From Nitrosopumilus sp. (GTDB lineage Archaea > Thermoproteota > Nitrososphaeria > Nitrososphaerales > Nitrosopumilaceae): a stretch of 64,000 bases of DNA. The notes beneath the pieces were generated by a model. That model saw only the letters and a list, made by a program, of their open reading frames with translations. It made no database searches and was not told the DNA's origin. Shown piece after piece: positions 29,201 to 39,612 of this stretch (positions within the stretch are counted from its first letter, which is position 1; each line of letters starts with the position of its first letter). Made by a program: the position numbers and the translations under genes. The stretch spans positions 288,001 through 352,000 of the forward strand of contig OZ240211.1 of NCBI GenBank assembly GCA_965197525.1, written 5' to 3'.

Positions 29201-31041
29201 CTGATGGTACAACCAAGACCATCCACAACCGCTCCGGAGGCAGCACCGATGACATAGACCAGACATACACACCAAACTTTGCAGGCGTTTCAATTGCAGG
29301 TACCTGGACGCTACAGATAAACGACGACTATGCAGCTGCCGATGACGGTACCCTGAACAGCTGGACGCTTACGATCAATCCTAGTAGTAGTAGTAGTGAT
29401 ACCTCAAACCCTGTAACATCGATCTCAGGTTCTGGCAATACGTATTACGTGACAGTCTCTGCCACACAGGACGGCACATACAACCTTGATCTGGTATCGT
29501 CAGGGCACGAGATTGTTGACACGGCAAACAATCATCTTACAAACACTACACCTACTTATGCTGACCACACCTACACGGTCAGCACCGTACCTGCTGACAC
29601 CACTGCGCCAACACTATCATCAATTGAGAGATACAATCCTGTTACTGCAACTACCGACAGCCAGACGCTAATCTACGAGGTGACCTTTAGCGAATCAGTA
29701 ACCGAAGTGGACAAGACTGACTTTGCCTTGTCTTCTGATAGCACGGGTGGAGTCAGTTCTGCCCAGTTCACACAGACACGTTCTCCTGACATTGACATAA
29801 CTGCAGCCAACACCATAACGGATACCATCACAGTCCCAGACTCTGGTACTGTTACGTCAGTCTCAGTCGCTATAGATGTCTCCCATACGTACATAAGCGA
29901 CTTGAAGATAGATCTTGTTGCACCTGATGGTACAACCAAGACCATCCACAACCGCTCCGGAGGCAGCACCGATGACATAGACCAGACATACACACCAAAC
30001 TTTGCAGGCGTTTCAATTGCAGGTACCTGGACGCTACAGATAAACGACGACTATGCAGCTGCCGATGACGGTACCCTGAACAGCTGGACGCTTACGATCA
30101 ATCCTAGTAGTAGTAGTAGTGATACCTCAAACCCTGTAACATCGATCTCAGGTTCTGGCAATACGTATTACGTGACAGTCTCTGCCACACAGGACGGCAC
30201 ATACAACCTTGATCTGGTATCGTCAGGGCACGAGATTGTTGACACGGCAAACAATCATCTTACAAACACTACACCTACTTATGCTGACCACACCTACACG
30301 GTCAGCACCGTACCTGCTGACACCACTGCGCCAACACTATCATCAATTGAGAGATACAATCCTGTTACTGCAACTACCGACAGCCAGACGCTAATCTACG
30401 AGGTGACCTTTAGCGAATCAGTAACCGAAGTGGACAAGACTGACTTTGCCTTGTCTTCTGATAGCACGGGTGGAGTCAGTTCTGCCCAGTTCACACAGAC
30501 ACGTTCTCCTGACATTGACATAACTGCAGCCAACACCATAACGGATACCATCACAGTCCCAGACTCTGGTACTGTTACGTCAGTCTCAGTCGCTATAGAT
30601 GTCTCCCATACGTACATAAGCGACTTGAAGATAGATCTTGTTGCACCTGATGGTACAACCAAGACCATCCACAACCGCTCCGGAGGCAGCACCGATGACA
30701 TAGACCAGACATACACACCAAACTTTGCAGGCGTTTCAATTGCAGGTACCTGGACGCTACAGATAAACGACGACTATGCAGCTGCCGATGACGGTACCCT
30801 GAACAGCTGGACGCTTACGATCAATCCTAGTAGTAGTAGTAGTGATACCTCAAACCCTGTAACATCGATCTCAGGTTCTGGCAATACGTATTACGTGACA
30901 GTCTCTGCCACACAGGACGGCACATACAACCTTGATCTGGTATCGTCAGGGCACGACATCACAGATGAATCAAGCAATCCTCTTACAAATACTGCACCTA
31001 CTGATGCTGACCATACTTACACCGTCAGTACCACAGGTTGA
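26239..31041 (+). CDS. Large secreted protein: LVIVD-like repeats, two Ig-like domains, four Ig/P-domain modules
   Basis: Signal peptide ending YAFA; repeated GVQIIDITDP; four 241-aa modules containing HTYISDLKIDLVAPDG...GTWTLQIND. Confidence 0.85.
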   Translation: MLSCIASLTRSNRLEGSIMKWLVVVTLASTLLGLYGYAFASSVIITSPIAFVTDGVDGFEELEGPKGITTVTIGSSTYALAASYKDDGVQIIDITDPYHPSPVAAVTDGVDGFEELEGARDITTATIGSSTYAIVTSSVDHGIQIINITNPSDPAPASHISSITGTYFKDPREVATVLIGSSTYALIAAHGSGVHIMNITDPYDPNHVASLYDGSKGFEALGNPRGITTTTIESSTYAVVAAFEGAVQIINITDPSKPTPVGAVHNSPDTRLGGATAVTVITSSSSMYALVAAQTDNAVQIIDITDLSNPDPVTFVQHGVAGFDALRYLETITTITFDSSTYALVTSFIDGIQIVDVTDPSSPPPPPAAFVSKYDDRFEGFPFPEDTTVIKIDSRTYAIVVSNVGNGVQIIDIDLTSGPVLASATLNEEAGMLEITFSDTVDVTPAGMVDLSGLTIRDAGQSVSLAGAILNTEVDSAAISIELTEMQGRLVATMASPRLDISDSAVIDTSGNLIELSRGNIITVNDSVAPEIVSAIIDGNTSILEITFSDRIDATPAFRIHVAGMTVRDSGQSVSLAGATPRTEVDSAVISIEMTEDQRQSIAVLASPLLDASYFSIVDTDGNPIEASSGNTITVKNVNQVPTVTSIERSDPVEEVTSEQTLVYEVTFSESVTEVDKTDFALSSDSTGGVSSAQFTQTRSPDIDITAANTITDTITVPDSGTVTSVSVAIDVSHTYISDLKIDLVAPDGTTKTIHNRSGGSTDDIDQTYTPNFAGVSIAGTWTLQINDDYAAADDGTLNSWTLTINPSSSSSDTSNPVTSISGSGNTYYVTVSATQDGTYNLDLVSSGHEIVDTANNHLTNTTPTYADHTYTVSTVPADTTAPTLSSIERYNPVTATTDSQTLIYEVTFSESVTEVDKTDFALSSDSTGGVSSAQFTQTRSPDIDITAANTITDTITVPDSGTVTSVSVAIDVSHTYISDLKIDLVAPDGTTKTIHNRSGGSTDDIDQTYTPNFAGVSIAGTWTLQINDDYAAADDGTLNSWTLTINPSSSSSDTSNPVTSISGSGNTYYVTVSATQDGTYNLDLVSSGHEIVDTANNHLTNTTPTYADHTYTVSTVPADTTAPTLSSIERYNPVTATTDSQTLIYEVTFSESVTEVDKTDFALSSDSTGGVSSAQFTQTRSPDIDITAANTITDTITVPDSGTVTSVSVAIDVSHTYISDLKIDLVAPDGTTKTIHNRSGGSTDDIDQTYTPNFAGVSIAGTWTLQINDDYAAADDGTLNSWTLTINPSSSSSDTSNPVTSISGSGNTYYVTVSATQDGTYNLDLVSSGHEIVDTANNHLTNTTPTYADHTYTVSTVPADTTAPTLSSIERYNPVTATTDSQTLIYEVTFSESVTEVDKTDFALSSDSTGGVSSAQFTQTRSPDIDITAANTITDTITVPDSGTVTSVSVAIDVSHTYISDLKIDLVAPDGTTKTIHNRSGGSTDDIDQTYTPNFAGVSIAGTWTLQINDDYAAADDGTLNSWTLTINPSSSSSDTSNPVTSISGSGNTYYVTVSATQDGTYNLDLVSSGHDITDESSNPLTNTAPTDADHTYTVSTTG
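28226..30956 (+). repeat. About 3.8 tandem copies of a 723-bp unit
   Basis: Identical shadow ORFs at 28227, 28950, 29673 and 30396. Confidence 0.92.
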
Positions 31042-31209
31042 GGACGCATCATATAGATGCTTGAACGATTCATAAGTGATATAGTAAGTATTTTATTTTG
31101 TGTTTTAAAAGAATTTAGTTACCCATGTATACTGATAATCAAAAGTTTATCGGTATGTAAATTTTACCAGACCACAAACCGTATTGGTTACATCATACCA
31201 AATTTATGT

Positions 31210-31662
31210 ATGGGCACAAAACCAGAAGATCTCAAAAAAACGTACAAGAAGGAAAAGGACATCAGAATCAAAGTTAGAATGGTTGCAGTAAACATGGTAG
31301 TCTTTAACAACGAAAGCATTGCGCATGCGGCAGATTTGCTCATGCAATGTCCTGATTGGATGTCCTCGTGGGTCAAACGCTTCAGGGACGAGAACCTAGA
31401 AAGCCTCCGGGATCTTCCCCGCACTTGACGGCCACCCAAAGTGTCACTCGAAGAGATCAACAGAATTCTCTCAAAGACAAATTACATCATCACGCCGAAA
31501 GTACTCCATGAAGACATCCACAAAAAATATGGGATAAAATACCACATGACATCTGTCAGAAGAATACTGCGACGCTGTAACATGTCTGCCAAGACACCAC
31601 ACCCCTCCTGCAGTGAAACTGTTATTGACCAACAAACCGGTAAGGAATATGATGTTAGGTAG
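31210..31662 (+). pseudogene. IS630-family transposase N-terminal (HTH) remnant
   Basis: SWVKRFRDENLESLRDLPRT*RPPKVS with in-frame TGA at 31426-31428; winged helix-turn-helix then truncation. Confidence 0.8.
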
Positions 31663-31939
31663 AGAGGTATACTATTTTCAGGATCCTACAATCTACTGTG
31701 CTAATCTAAAATCTTTTATATATGATTTGTTTTACTAATTAATATGATATTTAAAGATGTATACGCATTAGTCTTAGTCATGTTCAGCCCAATAATAATA
31801 ATCAAGACAAATATGAAATCATTTATAGAAAACACCCCAACATCACATACAATACAATCTATAGATCCGTTGTATATAAAAGAGAATCAAGGATGGATGA
31901 TGATGTCTCATCTATCACATACGACCAAAACATACTGTA

Positions 31940-32695
31940 TTGAACTTGAGTCTTAAAACGCGTGATTTGCATAAAAGTTTTTCAGGATTAAATGTGATTA
32001 ATGGGGCCAACATTGAGATAATTCCAAATAAAATTAACCTGTTAATTGGCGCTAATGGATCAGGCAAAACAACCTTGGTCAATCTAGTATCAGGCCTTCT
32101 ACAGTCACAATCAGGTCAGGTATTTTATATGGATAAAAATATAACAAATATGCCACCTCATAAAATATTTGAAGAGGGAATAATCAGAACATTCCAAACG
32201 CCAAAATTATTCATGAATTTAACACTGTTTGACAACCTGCTTATGGCACATAATCACGTAGGCGAATCGTTTAATCTTTGCATGTTTCCAAATAAATGGA
32301 AGAAAGAAGAGAAAGAATTAACTGAAAAAGCACTGTCAATATTAGATTCATTAGGTATACTAGCATTAAAAGATCATCTTGCATATGACCTGAGTGGAGG
32401 ACAAATAAAATTACTAGAGCTAGGAAAAACATTGATGGCTGATTTCTCATTGGTGTTATTAGATGAGCCTATTGCAGGTATTGCCCCAAAACTTGCCCAC
32501 ACCATATTCGAAAAAATTCAAGAGATCTGCAAGAATAACAACACAACATTTCTAATAATTGAACATAGATTAGATATTGCACTAAGATATGTAGATCATG
32601 TATTTGTTATGCACGAGGGACAAATTATTGCAGACGGAGATCCGGACACAATATTAAAGAATCAAAAAGTTGTAGCGTCATACATTGGAGGATAA
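31940..32695 (+). CDS. livG: Branched-chain amino acid ABC ATP-binding protein (LivG-like)
   Basis: Walker A GANGSGKT, LSGGQ, LLDEP, IEHRL. Confidence 0.9.
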   Translation: MNLSLKTRDLHKSFSGLNVINGANIEIIPNKINLLIGANGSGKTTLVNLVSGLLQSQSGQVFYMDKNITNMPPHKIFEEGIIRTFQTPKLFMNLTLFDNLLMAHNHVGESFNLCMFPNKWKKEEKELTEKALSILDSLGILALKDHLAYDLSGGQIKLLELGKTLMADFSLVLLDEPIAGIAPKLAHTIFEKIQEICKNNNTTFLIIEHRLDIALRYVDHVFVMHEGQIIADGDPDTILKNQKVVASYIGG

Positions 32696-32698
32696 TTC

Positions 32699-33388
32699 AT
32701 GATTACAACTAGTCTCTTATCTAGCGGATATGGAAAAAATGTAGTTTTGCACGACGTAGATTTTGCAGCAGACAAGGGATTAACTGCAATCATTGGCGCT
32801 AATGGTTCTGGCAAATCCACACTATTGAAATCAATTTGTGGTATAGCTGATAAATTTTCTGGAAAAATCATGCTAAATGATAAAGACATTACAAATGTTC
32901 CAACACACAAGATCTCAAAATTAGGAATATCATACATGGCTCAAATTAGCAACGTTTTTCCAGAACTGACTATTCGTGAAAATTTGATTATTGGCATGGA
33001 TCAGATACGACCAGATTTAAAACACATCTACGAACTATTCCCGACACTAAAAGACCATGAAAAGCAAAAATCGAAAAATTTGAGCGGAGGACAAAGACAA
33101 CTATTAGCATTAGCAATGGTTGTGACTAAAAATCCTGCGGTAATGCTATTTGACGAACCGACTGCCAATCTATCACCGAAAAATGCAAAATTGATTTTAA
33201 AGAAAATAATCGAAGTGCAAAAAACACTAGACAACTGTGTAATAGTTGTGGAGCAAAATGTAAAAAGTATTCTTGACGTATGTGAGAACTGTTATATGTT
33301 TACTACAGGAACTGTGAGATATTCGGGTAACTCTCAAAAACTACTAGCAGATCCTGAATTATCAGACAAATACTTGGGTGTGAAATAA
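32699..33388 (+). CDS. livF: Branched-chain amino acid ABC ATP-binding protein (LivF-like)
   Basis: GANGSGKS, LSGGQRQ, FDEPT, VEQN. Confidence 0.9.
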   Translation: MITTSLLSSGYGKNVVLHDVDFAADKGLTAIIGANGSGKSTLLKSICGIADKFSGKIMLNDKDITNVPTHKISKLGISYMAQISNVFPELTIRENLIIGMDQIRPDLKHIYELFPTLKDHEKQKSKNLSGGQRQLLALAMVVTKNPAVMLFDEPTANLSPKNAKLILKKIIEVQKTLDNCVIVVEQNVKSILDVCENCYMFTTGTVRYSGNSQKLLADPELSDKYLGVK

Positions 33389-34300
33389 TTGATCATCCTA
33401 ATGGATGCTGTAATATATGCTAGTGTATTAGCGGTACTTTGTGTAGGACTCACACTAACATACAAGATAACAAATGTTCCTAATTTTGCTCATACCACAT
33501 TTGCGATTTTAGGTATGTATATGGGACTAATTATGGTTCGCGTATTTGATGCTAATCCCTTTTTTGCATTACCACTTGCATTTCTAGTATCTGGAGGGGT
33601 GGCGTTATTTTTGTATTATGGAATATTACGTATATTGATTAAAAATGGCTCTTCGTATCTTTCACTAATTATTGCAACTTTGGCTTTTGACATATTCATG
33701 GTAGGAATTATGAACATATTGGCAGACTATCTGTTTAAAACATTCAAATTTATTTCAAGAGATTTCACACTGAGAAGTTTTGATATTGTAATAGATGGTG
33801 TTCCAATGGTACTAATAGTATCAATAGTGACGTTGGCTATACTAGTAGTTGGGCTGTATTATTTGCTATATCGTACTAAATTTGGCATGGCAATGAGAGC
33901 AGCGATTGACAATACAAGTTTAGCAGGTACGTTTGGAATTGATACAAATAAAATATTTTCATTTTCGTGGTTTTTGAGCGGAGGGTTAGGCGGGATTGCA
34001 GGAGTTTTGATGAGTGTGTGGTTTCAGGGAGATCCGAGCTTGTCAGTAATTATGCTCCCTAGCGTATTTGCAGGCAGTATTGTAGGCGGATTCTCTAGCG
34101 TATATGGGGCAATTATCGGAGGAATAATAATCGGATTCAGTGAGATAATTGGAACTAGTGCACTAGCAAGCTGGTTTGGATACTGGATAATACCATACAG
34201 ACCCATCATACCATTCTTATTTATCATATTTACGTTACTGTTATTTCCAAAAGGACTATCAGTTGTATTCGATAAACTATGGGCGAAGATTAAGAAATGA
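33389..34300 (+). CDS. livH: Branched-chain amino acid ABC permease (LivH-like)
   Basis: NVPNFAH, RTKFGMAMRA, multiple TM helices. Confidence 0.88.
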   Translation: MIILMDAVIYASVLAVLCVGLTLTYKITNVPNFAHTTFAILGMYMGLIMVRVFDANPFFALPLAFLVSGGVALFLYYGILRILIKNGSSYLSLIIATLAFDIFMVGIMNILADYLFKTFKFISRDFTLRSFDIVIDGVPMVLIVSIVTLAILVVGLYYLLYRTKFGMAMRAAIDNTSLAGTFGIDTNKIFSFSWFLSGGLGGIAGVLMSVWFQGDPSLSVIMLPSVFAGSIVGGFSSVYGAIIGGIIIGFSEIIGTSALASWFGYWIIPYRPIIPFLFIIFTLLLFPKGLSVVFDKLWAKIKK

Positions 34301-35295
34301 TCGGTTCTGAGTGGATCTTCATATCTGATCTGATAGCAATATTTGCCATATACTTGATAATTAATACAAGCTTAAACTTAGAATTCGGGTTTACTGGAAT
34401 TCCAAACTTTGGTAAAGTTTTGGCAGTAGCAGGAGGTGCATTCGTGATGGGCATACTGCCACTTCATATGTATAACGCTCTTTTAGGAGCGCAGTTAAGC
34501 CCGGTAGACGACAATCTTGAATTAATTTCTCAAATAAATGCACATATTGCAGCTAATCCAGAGATAGGATTCATAGTATTCGGACTGACATTGGTTGTTG
34601 CAATGATAGTTGGCGCTGCATTGGGATTAATATCAGCTTATCCAGCAATTAGATTGCGTGGAGATTACCTAGCAATAACATTATTGGCATTTGGTGAATT
34701 AATACGCATAATTGGAATTAACACTAAAGATCTAGTTGGAGGAACGTTGGGTGTAACTACTCCCGACTTTCTCTCTTTTGTACCAAACGAGCTCAGGTTT
34801 ATAATTGCCAGCTTCGTATTGTTAGTTTTGGCAGGAGTAGTATTTTTCCTTGTTGTAAAGTTTACAAAATCACCTGTAGGGCGCCTGATGCGCGCTACAA
34901 GAGATGATGAGGTTGCATTACAATCGCTGGGAAGAGATACGACAAGAATAAAAATAAAAGTGTTGATGATATCAGGATTGATTGCAGCCATAGGAGGAGT
35001 GTTGTATGCGTCATATGTAGAAGGAGTTGTAGCATTTGGATATAATCGACTAAACTGGACATTCTTGCCATTTGTTATGGTTATAGTAGGAGGAATGGCA
35101 AATAACAAAGGCGTGTTGCTTGGAACGGTCATATTTGTAGTAAGCCGCAAATTGGTCATATTTTATAATGATAGTTTAGATGGGTTAGTGCCATTTGATA
35201 TTATTTGGCTTGACTATTTATTGCTAGGTGGAATAATGCTTATCATATTACTGTTTAGGCCTAGAGGCATACTGCCAGAAAACCCGAAGTCGTGA
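34297..35295 (+). CDS. livM: Branched-chain amino acid ABC permease (LivM-like)
   Basis: LRGDYLAITLLAFGELIR, SPVGRLMRATRDDE. Confidence 0.9.
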   Translation: MIGSEWIFISDLIAIFAIYLIINTSLNLEFGFTGIPNFGKVLAVAGGAFVMGILPLHMYNALLGAQLSPVDDNLELISQINAHIAANPEIGFIVFGLTLVVAMIVGAALGLISAYPAIRLRGDYLAITLLAFGELIRIIGINTKDLVGGTLGVTTPDFLSFVPNELRFIIASFVLLVLAGVVFFLVVKFTKSPVGRLMRATRDDEVALQSLGRDTTRIKIKVLMISGLIAAIGGVLYASYVEGVVAFGYNRLNWTFLPFVMVIVGGMANNKGVLLGTVIFVVSRKLVIFYNDSLDGLVPFDIIWLDYLLLGGIMLIILLFRPRGILPENPKS

Positions 35296-35384
35296 CTGTG
35301 ATTAATTCAGCTTGATACCACATTTGATCTTTGCACTGCGTCATACAATATCTATTTTTATAGCAGCATATGTAAAAAAAAGTA

Positions 35385-36710
35385 TTGGATTCGAGGATAA
35401 TTTATGCAATAGTTGGAATTATAGTGGCAGGAGCAATCATTGCAGCTGTTGCCGGATCTACTGTAACACCAACGTCAAAAGATTCACGTCAAGTTCCAAT
35501 AGAATCTGAAACAGTAGAACCTGGAACAGTAGAACCTGTAGACGGTGCTGAATCCACATCTACCTCCTCTTCATCTCTTCCGCTGACAACTGTTGATATT
35601 GGTGTAATGTTACCATCTATTGGTGATGTATTTAGTTATGGACAAGACAATAGTATTGCTGTTCAATTAGGCGTAACGGATTTCAATAGATATTTAAAAG
35701 ATAATAACGTGCCATGGAGGTTTAATGCAGTCTTACTAGATACACAATTAGATCCACACGCAGCACTAGAGAAGATCCAATTACTAAATGCAAGAAATAT
35801 AAAATTTGTACTAGGTCCTGAATCCAGTGCTGAAATTCGTAATATCAAATCTTATGCTGATACAAACGACATGGTGTTAATTAGCCCATCATCTACAACT
35901 CCTGCGCTAGCAATTGAAGATAACATATTTCGACTAGTACCTGATGATACTCAACAGAGTAGTGTATTATCTCTACTATTTGAACAAAAAGGAATCAAAG
36001 CTGTAATACCAATTTACCGTGCAGACGTTCGCGGAGACAGTTTATACGAATCAACAAGAACAAATTTTGAGGCCCTAGGAGGTATTATGGATGAAGGTAT
36101 ACACTATCCTCCTGAAGCATCTATTTACTCAACTGAAGCATCTATTTTATCGAATTTGGTAGATAAATACTCTAAAGAGTATACCACTAACGAGATTGGA
36201 GTACTAATGATTGGTTTTTCAGAAACTGTGCATTTACTTAATTTTGCCGATGAATATGAAAATTTACATAACGTAAGATGGTTTGGTACTGAAGGAATAT
36301 CAAATGACAGTTCTATAATAAATGATCCAGTAGCATCAGCATTTATGCAAGATGTTGATTTTACAAGTACCCAATTTGCCACGTCTAAAAATAATGTGTA
36401 TGATCGTGTCAATGAATACTTTTTAGAATTTCAAGGGAGAACACCTAACACATATGCATTTTCAGCATATGATAGTGTGTGGATTTTAGGTAAATCGATA
36501 CTTGAAACTAGATCTACTGAACCTAGTTTTATCAGAGATGAGCTGAGTAACGTTGTAGCATCACATACTGGTGCACTTGGCGCTATAACTCTAAACAAAG
36601 CAGGCGATGTGGCAATAGCAGATTATGAACTATGGGGCGTCAAAGATGGTCTATGGCATATTGTGGGCCACTTTAATTCTGCAGATAATATTTTTGATTT
36701 TAAATCATGA
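35385..36710 (+). CDS. ABC substrate-binding protein (LivK type), N-terminal membrane anchor; paralog of 22378
   Basis: GVMLPSIGD, FVLGPESSAEIRNIKSYAD, AYDSVWIL. Confidence 0.88.
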   Translation: MDSRIIYAIVGIIVAGAIIAAVAGSTVTPTSKDSRQVPIESETVEPGTVEPVDGAESTSTSSSSLPLTTVDIGVMLPSIGDVFSYGQDNSIAVQLGVTDFNRYLKDNNVPWRFNAVLLDTQLDPHAALEKIQLLNARNIKFVLGPESSAEIRNIKSYADTNDMVLISPSSTTPALAIEDNIFRLVPDDTQQSSVLSLLFEQKGIKAVIPIYRADVRGDSLYESTRTNFEALGGIMDEGIHYPPEASIYSTEASILSNLVDKYSKEYTTNEIGVLMIGFSETVHLLNFADEYENLHNVRWFGTEGISNDSSIINDPVASAFMQDVDFTSTQFATSKNNVYDRVNEYFLEFQGRTPNTYAFSAYDSVWILGKSILETRSTEPSFIRDELSNVVASHTGALGAITLNKAGDVAIADYELWGVKDGLWHIVGHFNSADNIFDFKS

Positions 36711-36837
36711 CCAATCATTACAAGTAGAAATGGGTATTGATAAAATAGTAATTAATAGTATGTTGATTATTAGCAATTGGTTTACTCTATTAGACAATAC
36801 AAATCTAATAGATAATCACATGTATTAGTACAGATAC

Positions 36838-37083
36838 GTGTTGGCTAGAACTAAAAGGACAAATCGATATTGTGTAGACTGTGGTGCAAGATTGGTATAT
36901 TATCCGCGATTATCCAATCCCAAGGCTCCGAATGAGCACAGAGTATTAGTATATGCATGCCCGGACTGTACTGAAGATTTTGAAAAGCCAAAGATGTTTT
37001 CGGTTAGACGAAACCAAGTTGATGATCCACTAGAGACAGTCGAGATTGAGATTACACAGCTACAGAAAAAGAGTAATAACTAG
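36838..37083 (+). CDS. Small zinc-ribbon protein
   Basis: CVDC and CPDC motifs. Confidence 0.65.
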   Translation: MLARTKRTNRYCVDCGARLVYYPRLSNPKAPNEHRVLVYACPDCTEDFEKPKMFSVRRNQVDDPLETVEIEITQLQKKSNN

Positions 37084-37106
37084 AAAATAAATAACAATAA
37101 CCAATC

Positions 37107-37334
37107 ATGTCACATCAAGGAAGACCAAGAAGTAATGCGTGGTTTATACTACCAATCCTACTAGGTATAATTGGAGGAATCGTGGCGTTTATTATTATAC
37201 GTCGTGATGACCCAAAGAAAGCAATGAACTGTCTAATCGTAGGCATAATATTTATGGGAATAGGCATCATCTTTAATCTGATAATTGGAGAACCTATTTT
37301 AACCTTGGATCCAGGCATTAACGTGAATGTGTAA
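37107..37334 (+). CDS. Small membrane protein
   Basis: RSNAWFILPILLGIIGGIVAFIIIRRDDPKKA; two TM helices. Confidence 0.65.
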   Translation: MSHQGRPRSNAWFILPILLGIIGGIVAFIIIRRDDPKKAMNCLIVGIIFMGIGIIFNLIIGEPILTLDPGINVNV

Positions 37335-37441
37335 CGCTCTTGGGCTTGTACTTGAAATGACATATACCATGCCAAGATCAACTACCAGCTATCATTTATT
37401 CCAAGATTTAGAATCATATAGAGCAAGGTTAAGAAATAGAC

Positions 37442-37891
37442 ATGAGCATATCAAAGATGCAAGATAATGTAGAGAGGTGGCTGACTCATGAAGGTCTTTC
37501 TTTCAAGTATGTAAAGAGCGATGAAAATATTTTTCAGATTGTAATAAAGCATGCAGGAATACAAGGAATTCCAATCGAGGTGTTTGAACCAAAAAGACAG
37601 CCAGGAATATTGGTAGTAGGGGCCAAAGTAATTATGAAAAATAACCATATCGCCAGATATCTTAGATTCAATACGGAGGAGAGGACAAAATTTGAACAAA
37701 AGATGGCTGATTTTTGTTATTCAATACAAGCAATCAACAAAGTCATTGCAGAAGATGGGAAACAGAAAATTTCAGTGTATGTTGTGTTAGACGACAAAGA
37801 AAGCATTAACCAACAGACGCTATTTGAAGCAATAGACAGTGTATCAGATAAACATGAAAAAACATCCAGATTTTTGTTAAAGACGTTTTAG
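37442..37891 (+). CDS. DUF2299-like conserved archaeal protein
   Basis: VERWLTHEGL, IEVFEPKRQP motifs. Confidence 0.6.
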   Translation: MSISKMQDNVERWLTHEGLSFKYVKSDENIFQIVIKHAGIQGIPIEVFEPKRQPGILVVGAKVIMKNNHIARYLRFNTEERTKFEQKMADFCYSIQAINKVIAEDGKQKISVYVVLDDKESINQQTLFEAIDSVSDKHEKTSRFLLKTF

Positions 37892-38240
37892 GATTAACAA
37901 ATATAATTAATCATATTTATGAAATCACGTTCTTCATATGATCATTAAAAATATTACCAGTAGATGGAATTGTACCTAAAATTTAGCCGAGTATGTTCCC
38001 AAATTAGACCAACTTGATGACGATAATGTAAAGTAGTGACTGCACCAACATCATGATGTTGCAAATGCATTAGTCTTGGCTGTGCAGACATGCGTGAGAA
38101 TCATGGAAAGGATGCGTATGTCTTGTGGCATGAGCGCAGTATTTTAGGCAATATTTCAAAATGGCAGCGGCAAGTCATGTACATGTGGCATGCAGTTCAC
38201 ATCAGTGTCTGTCACTGTGATGGTATGGTGACTGCAAAAG

Positions 38241-39480
38241 TTATGACATCAGCAGAGACGGGCTTGTATGTTCCAAGACAAACAGTATGAAGAATTCCAT
38301 TATCATCTTGTATGTTATCTTTGTATGTAGATTGTCAGGACAGACTCGCTGCAACAGATACGATGCCAGTATCCACGCGTTGAACAAAAGGATGGGCATG
38401 AACAGTAGCAACACGCGTACGGATTCTTGTTTGCTAGTTGTTCTAGGCCTCATGGATTCTATACACCTGTACCCTGTCTCTATTGACCACCTGGCCCGAT
38501 ACTGCTGCTCTACAAACGCTTCAGCCCCGTCCATATCGCTGCGTTTGAATTCGCATACTGTATCAATCGGAACGTTGGTGGCAAACGTGTGGATTACCTT
38601 TTCCCCTTTCCTGTCCTTTTCTTCTAAAATGATCAGTGTGATCTTCTCCTGTCTCTTGTCTCCATTACCTGAGATCAGGATATGCTGTGAGACTGCATCC
38701 CTTTTACCTGCCTGAAATTCGTTTATGGCCTTCTTGACACCCTTTGTATGCGTTGCAGGCATCAGAAACTGTATGTTTTTGGACTTGAGCGTACCTATAA
38801 CACCGGTGGAAAAAAACTCCCTGTCCACAGTCAGCGTTTTAATCCGGATGCCTTTGTCTGTGCATCCGTCAACGAGTTTTGAGACTATGTCCTCAAGATC
38901 GTCTTCTCTTCTGACTAAGCGTTGCCCCCAGAAAGGCTCTAGAATCGTCTACTGTACAGTTGGTGGTAGCCAAACAGTTGAAGTGATATGTTCCATTCTT
39001 GAACTTTGAGGCGATGATGTTTAGCATGTTGTACGTCTTGTCATATCTTGGAATGGTGTGTTTGTCAATTGCCACATCCACAGGAGTCCTGAACATGCCG
39101 TGTCTTCTCATCCTCATCACTGTACGGTCTACCATCTTGAGGCAGCGAGTCAGCATATAGTCATACCTGACTTGTTTTATCACGCCAAGCACCCATCTGC
39201 CGCACGGGATGCGCCTGACTTTTTTCTTTGTGCCATCTATAAACCGGGAGTTGTATGCAGTCTCTGCATACTGGCAGTGCCTGCACATGTCAAAGAATCG
39301 GGCCAAAAAGTCGTCATAACCGTACAAGGCGTTGTGCTTCTCAGAGAATTGAAGCTTTAGGTTTGACAAAAATAATGCACTCATAATTTTAAATACCTTT
39401 TCTGTGCAGACTTGTTGGAGTTTGTGGTTTTGTTTCATGTGAACTATGAACAACTCACATTCTCCTCTTTTAACCTCCAA
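38241..39480 (-). pseudogene. ISH3-family (IS4-like DDE) transposase with a +1 frameshift near 38916
   Basis: VAIDKH, LTVDREF and YRARWSIETGYR motifs; two frames join as GATL-VRREDDLEDIVSKL. Confidence 0.8.
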
Positions 39481-39612
39481 TATCTACAAAAATGTTGTTT
39501 TTGATGCGTTTTTATTCATAATGATGATTTGGGAAAAAGTACAATTCCATCTACTGATTACTTAGATCACTTTATTAAACTTGTATTCACATACCGTTTA
39601 GATAGTATAAAA

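Noticed and set aside
26163-30716. Long antisense ORFs over the surface-protein, ribosomal, transporter and H1-like genes
   Set aside because: Shadow frames of repetitive or codon-biased genes
31057-31956. ORF-track starts at 31057 and 31744
   Set aside because: The first is an upstream extension of the IS630 remnant; the second has no coding signal and overlaps the livG promoter region
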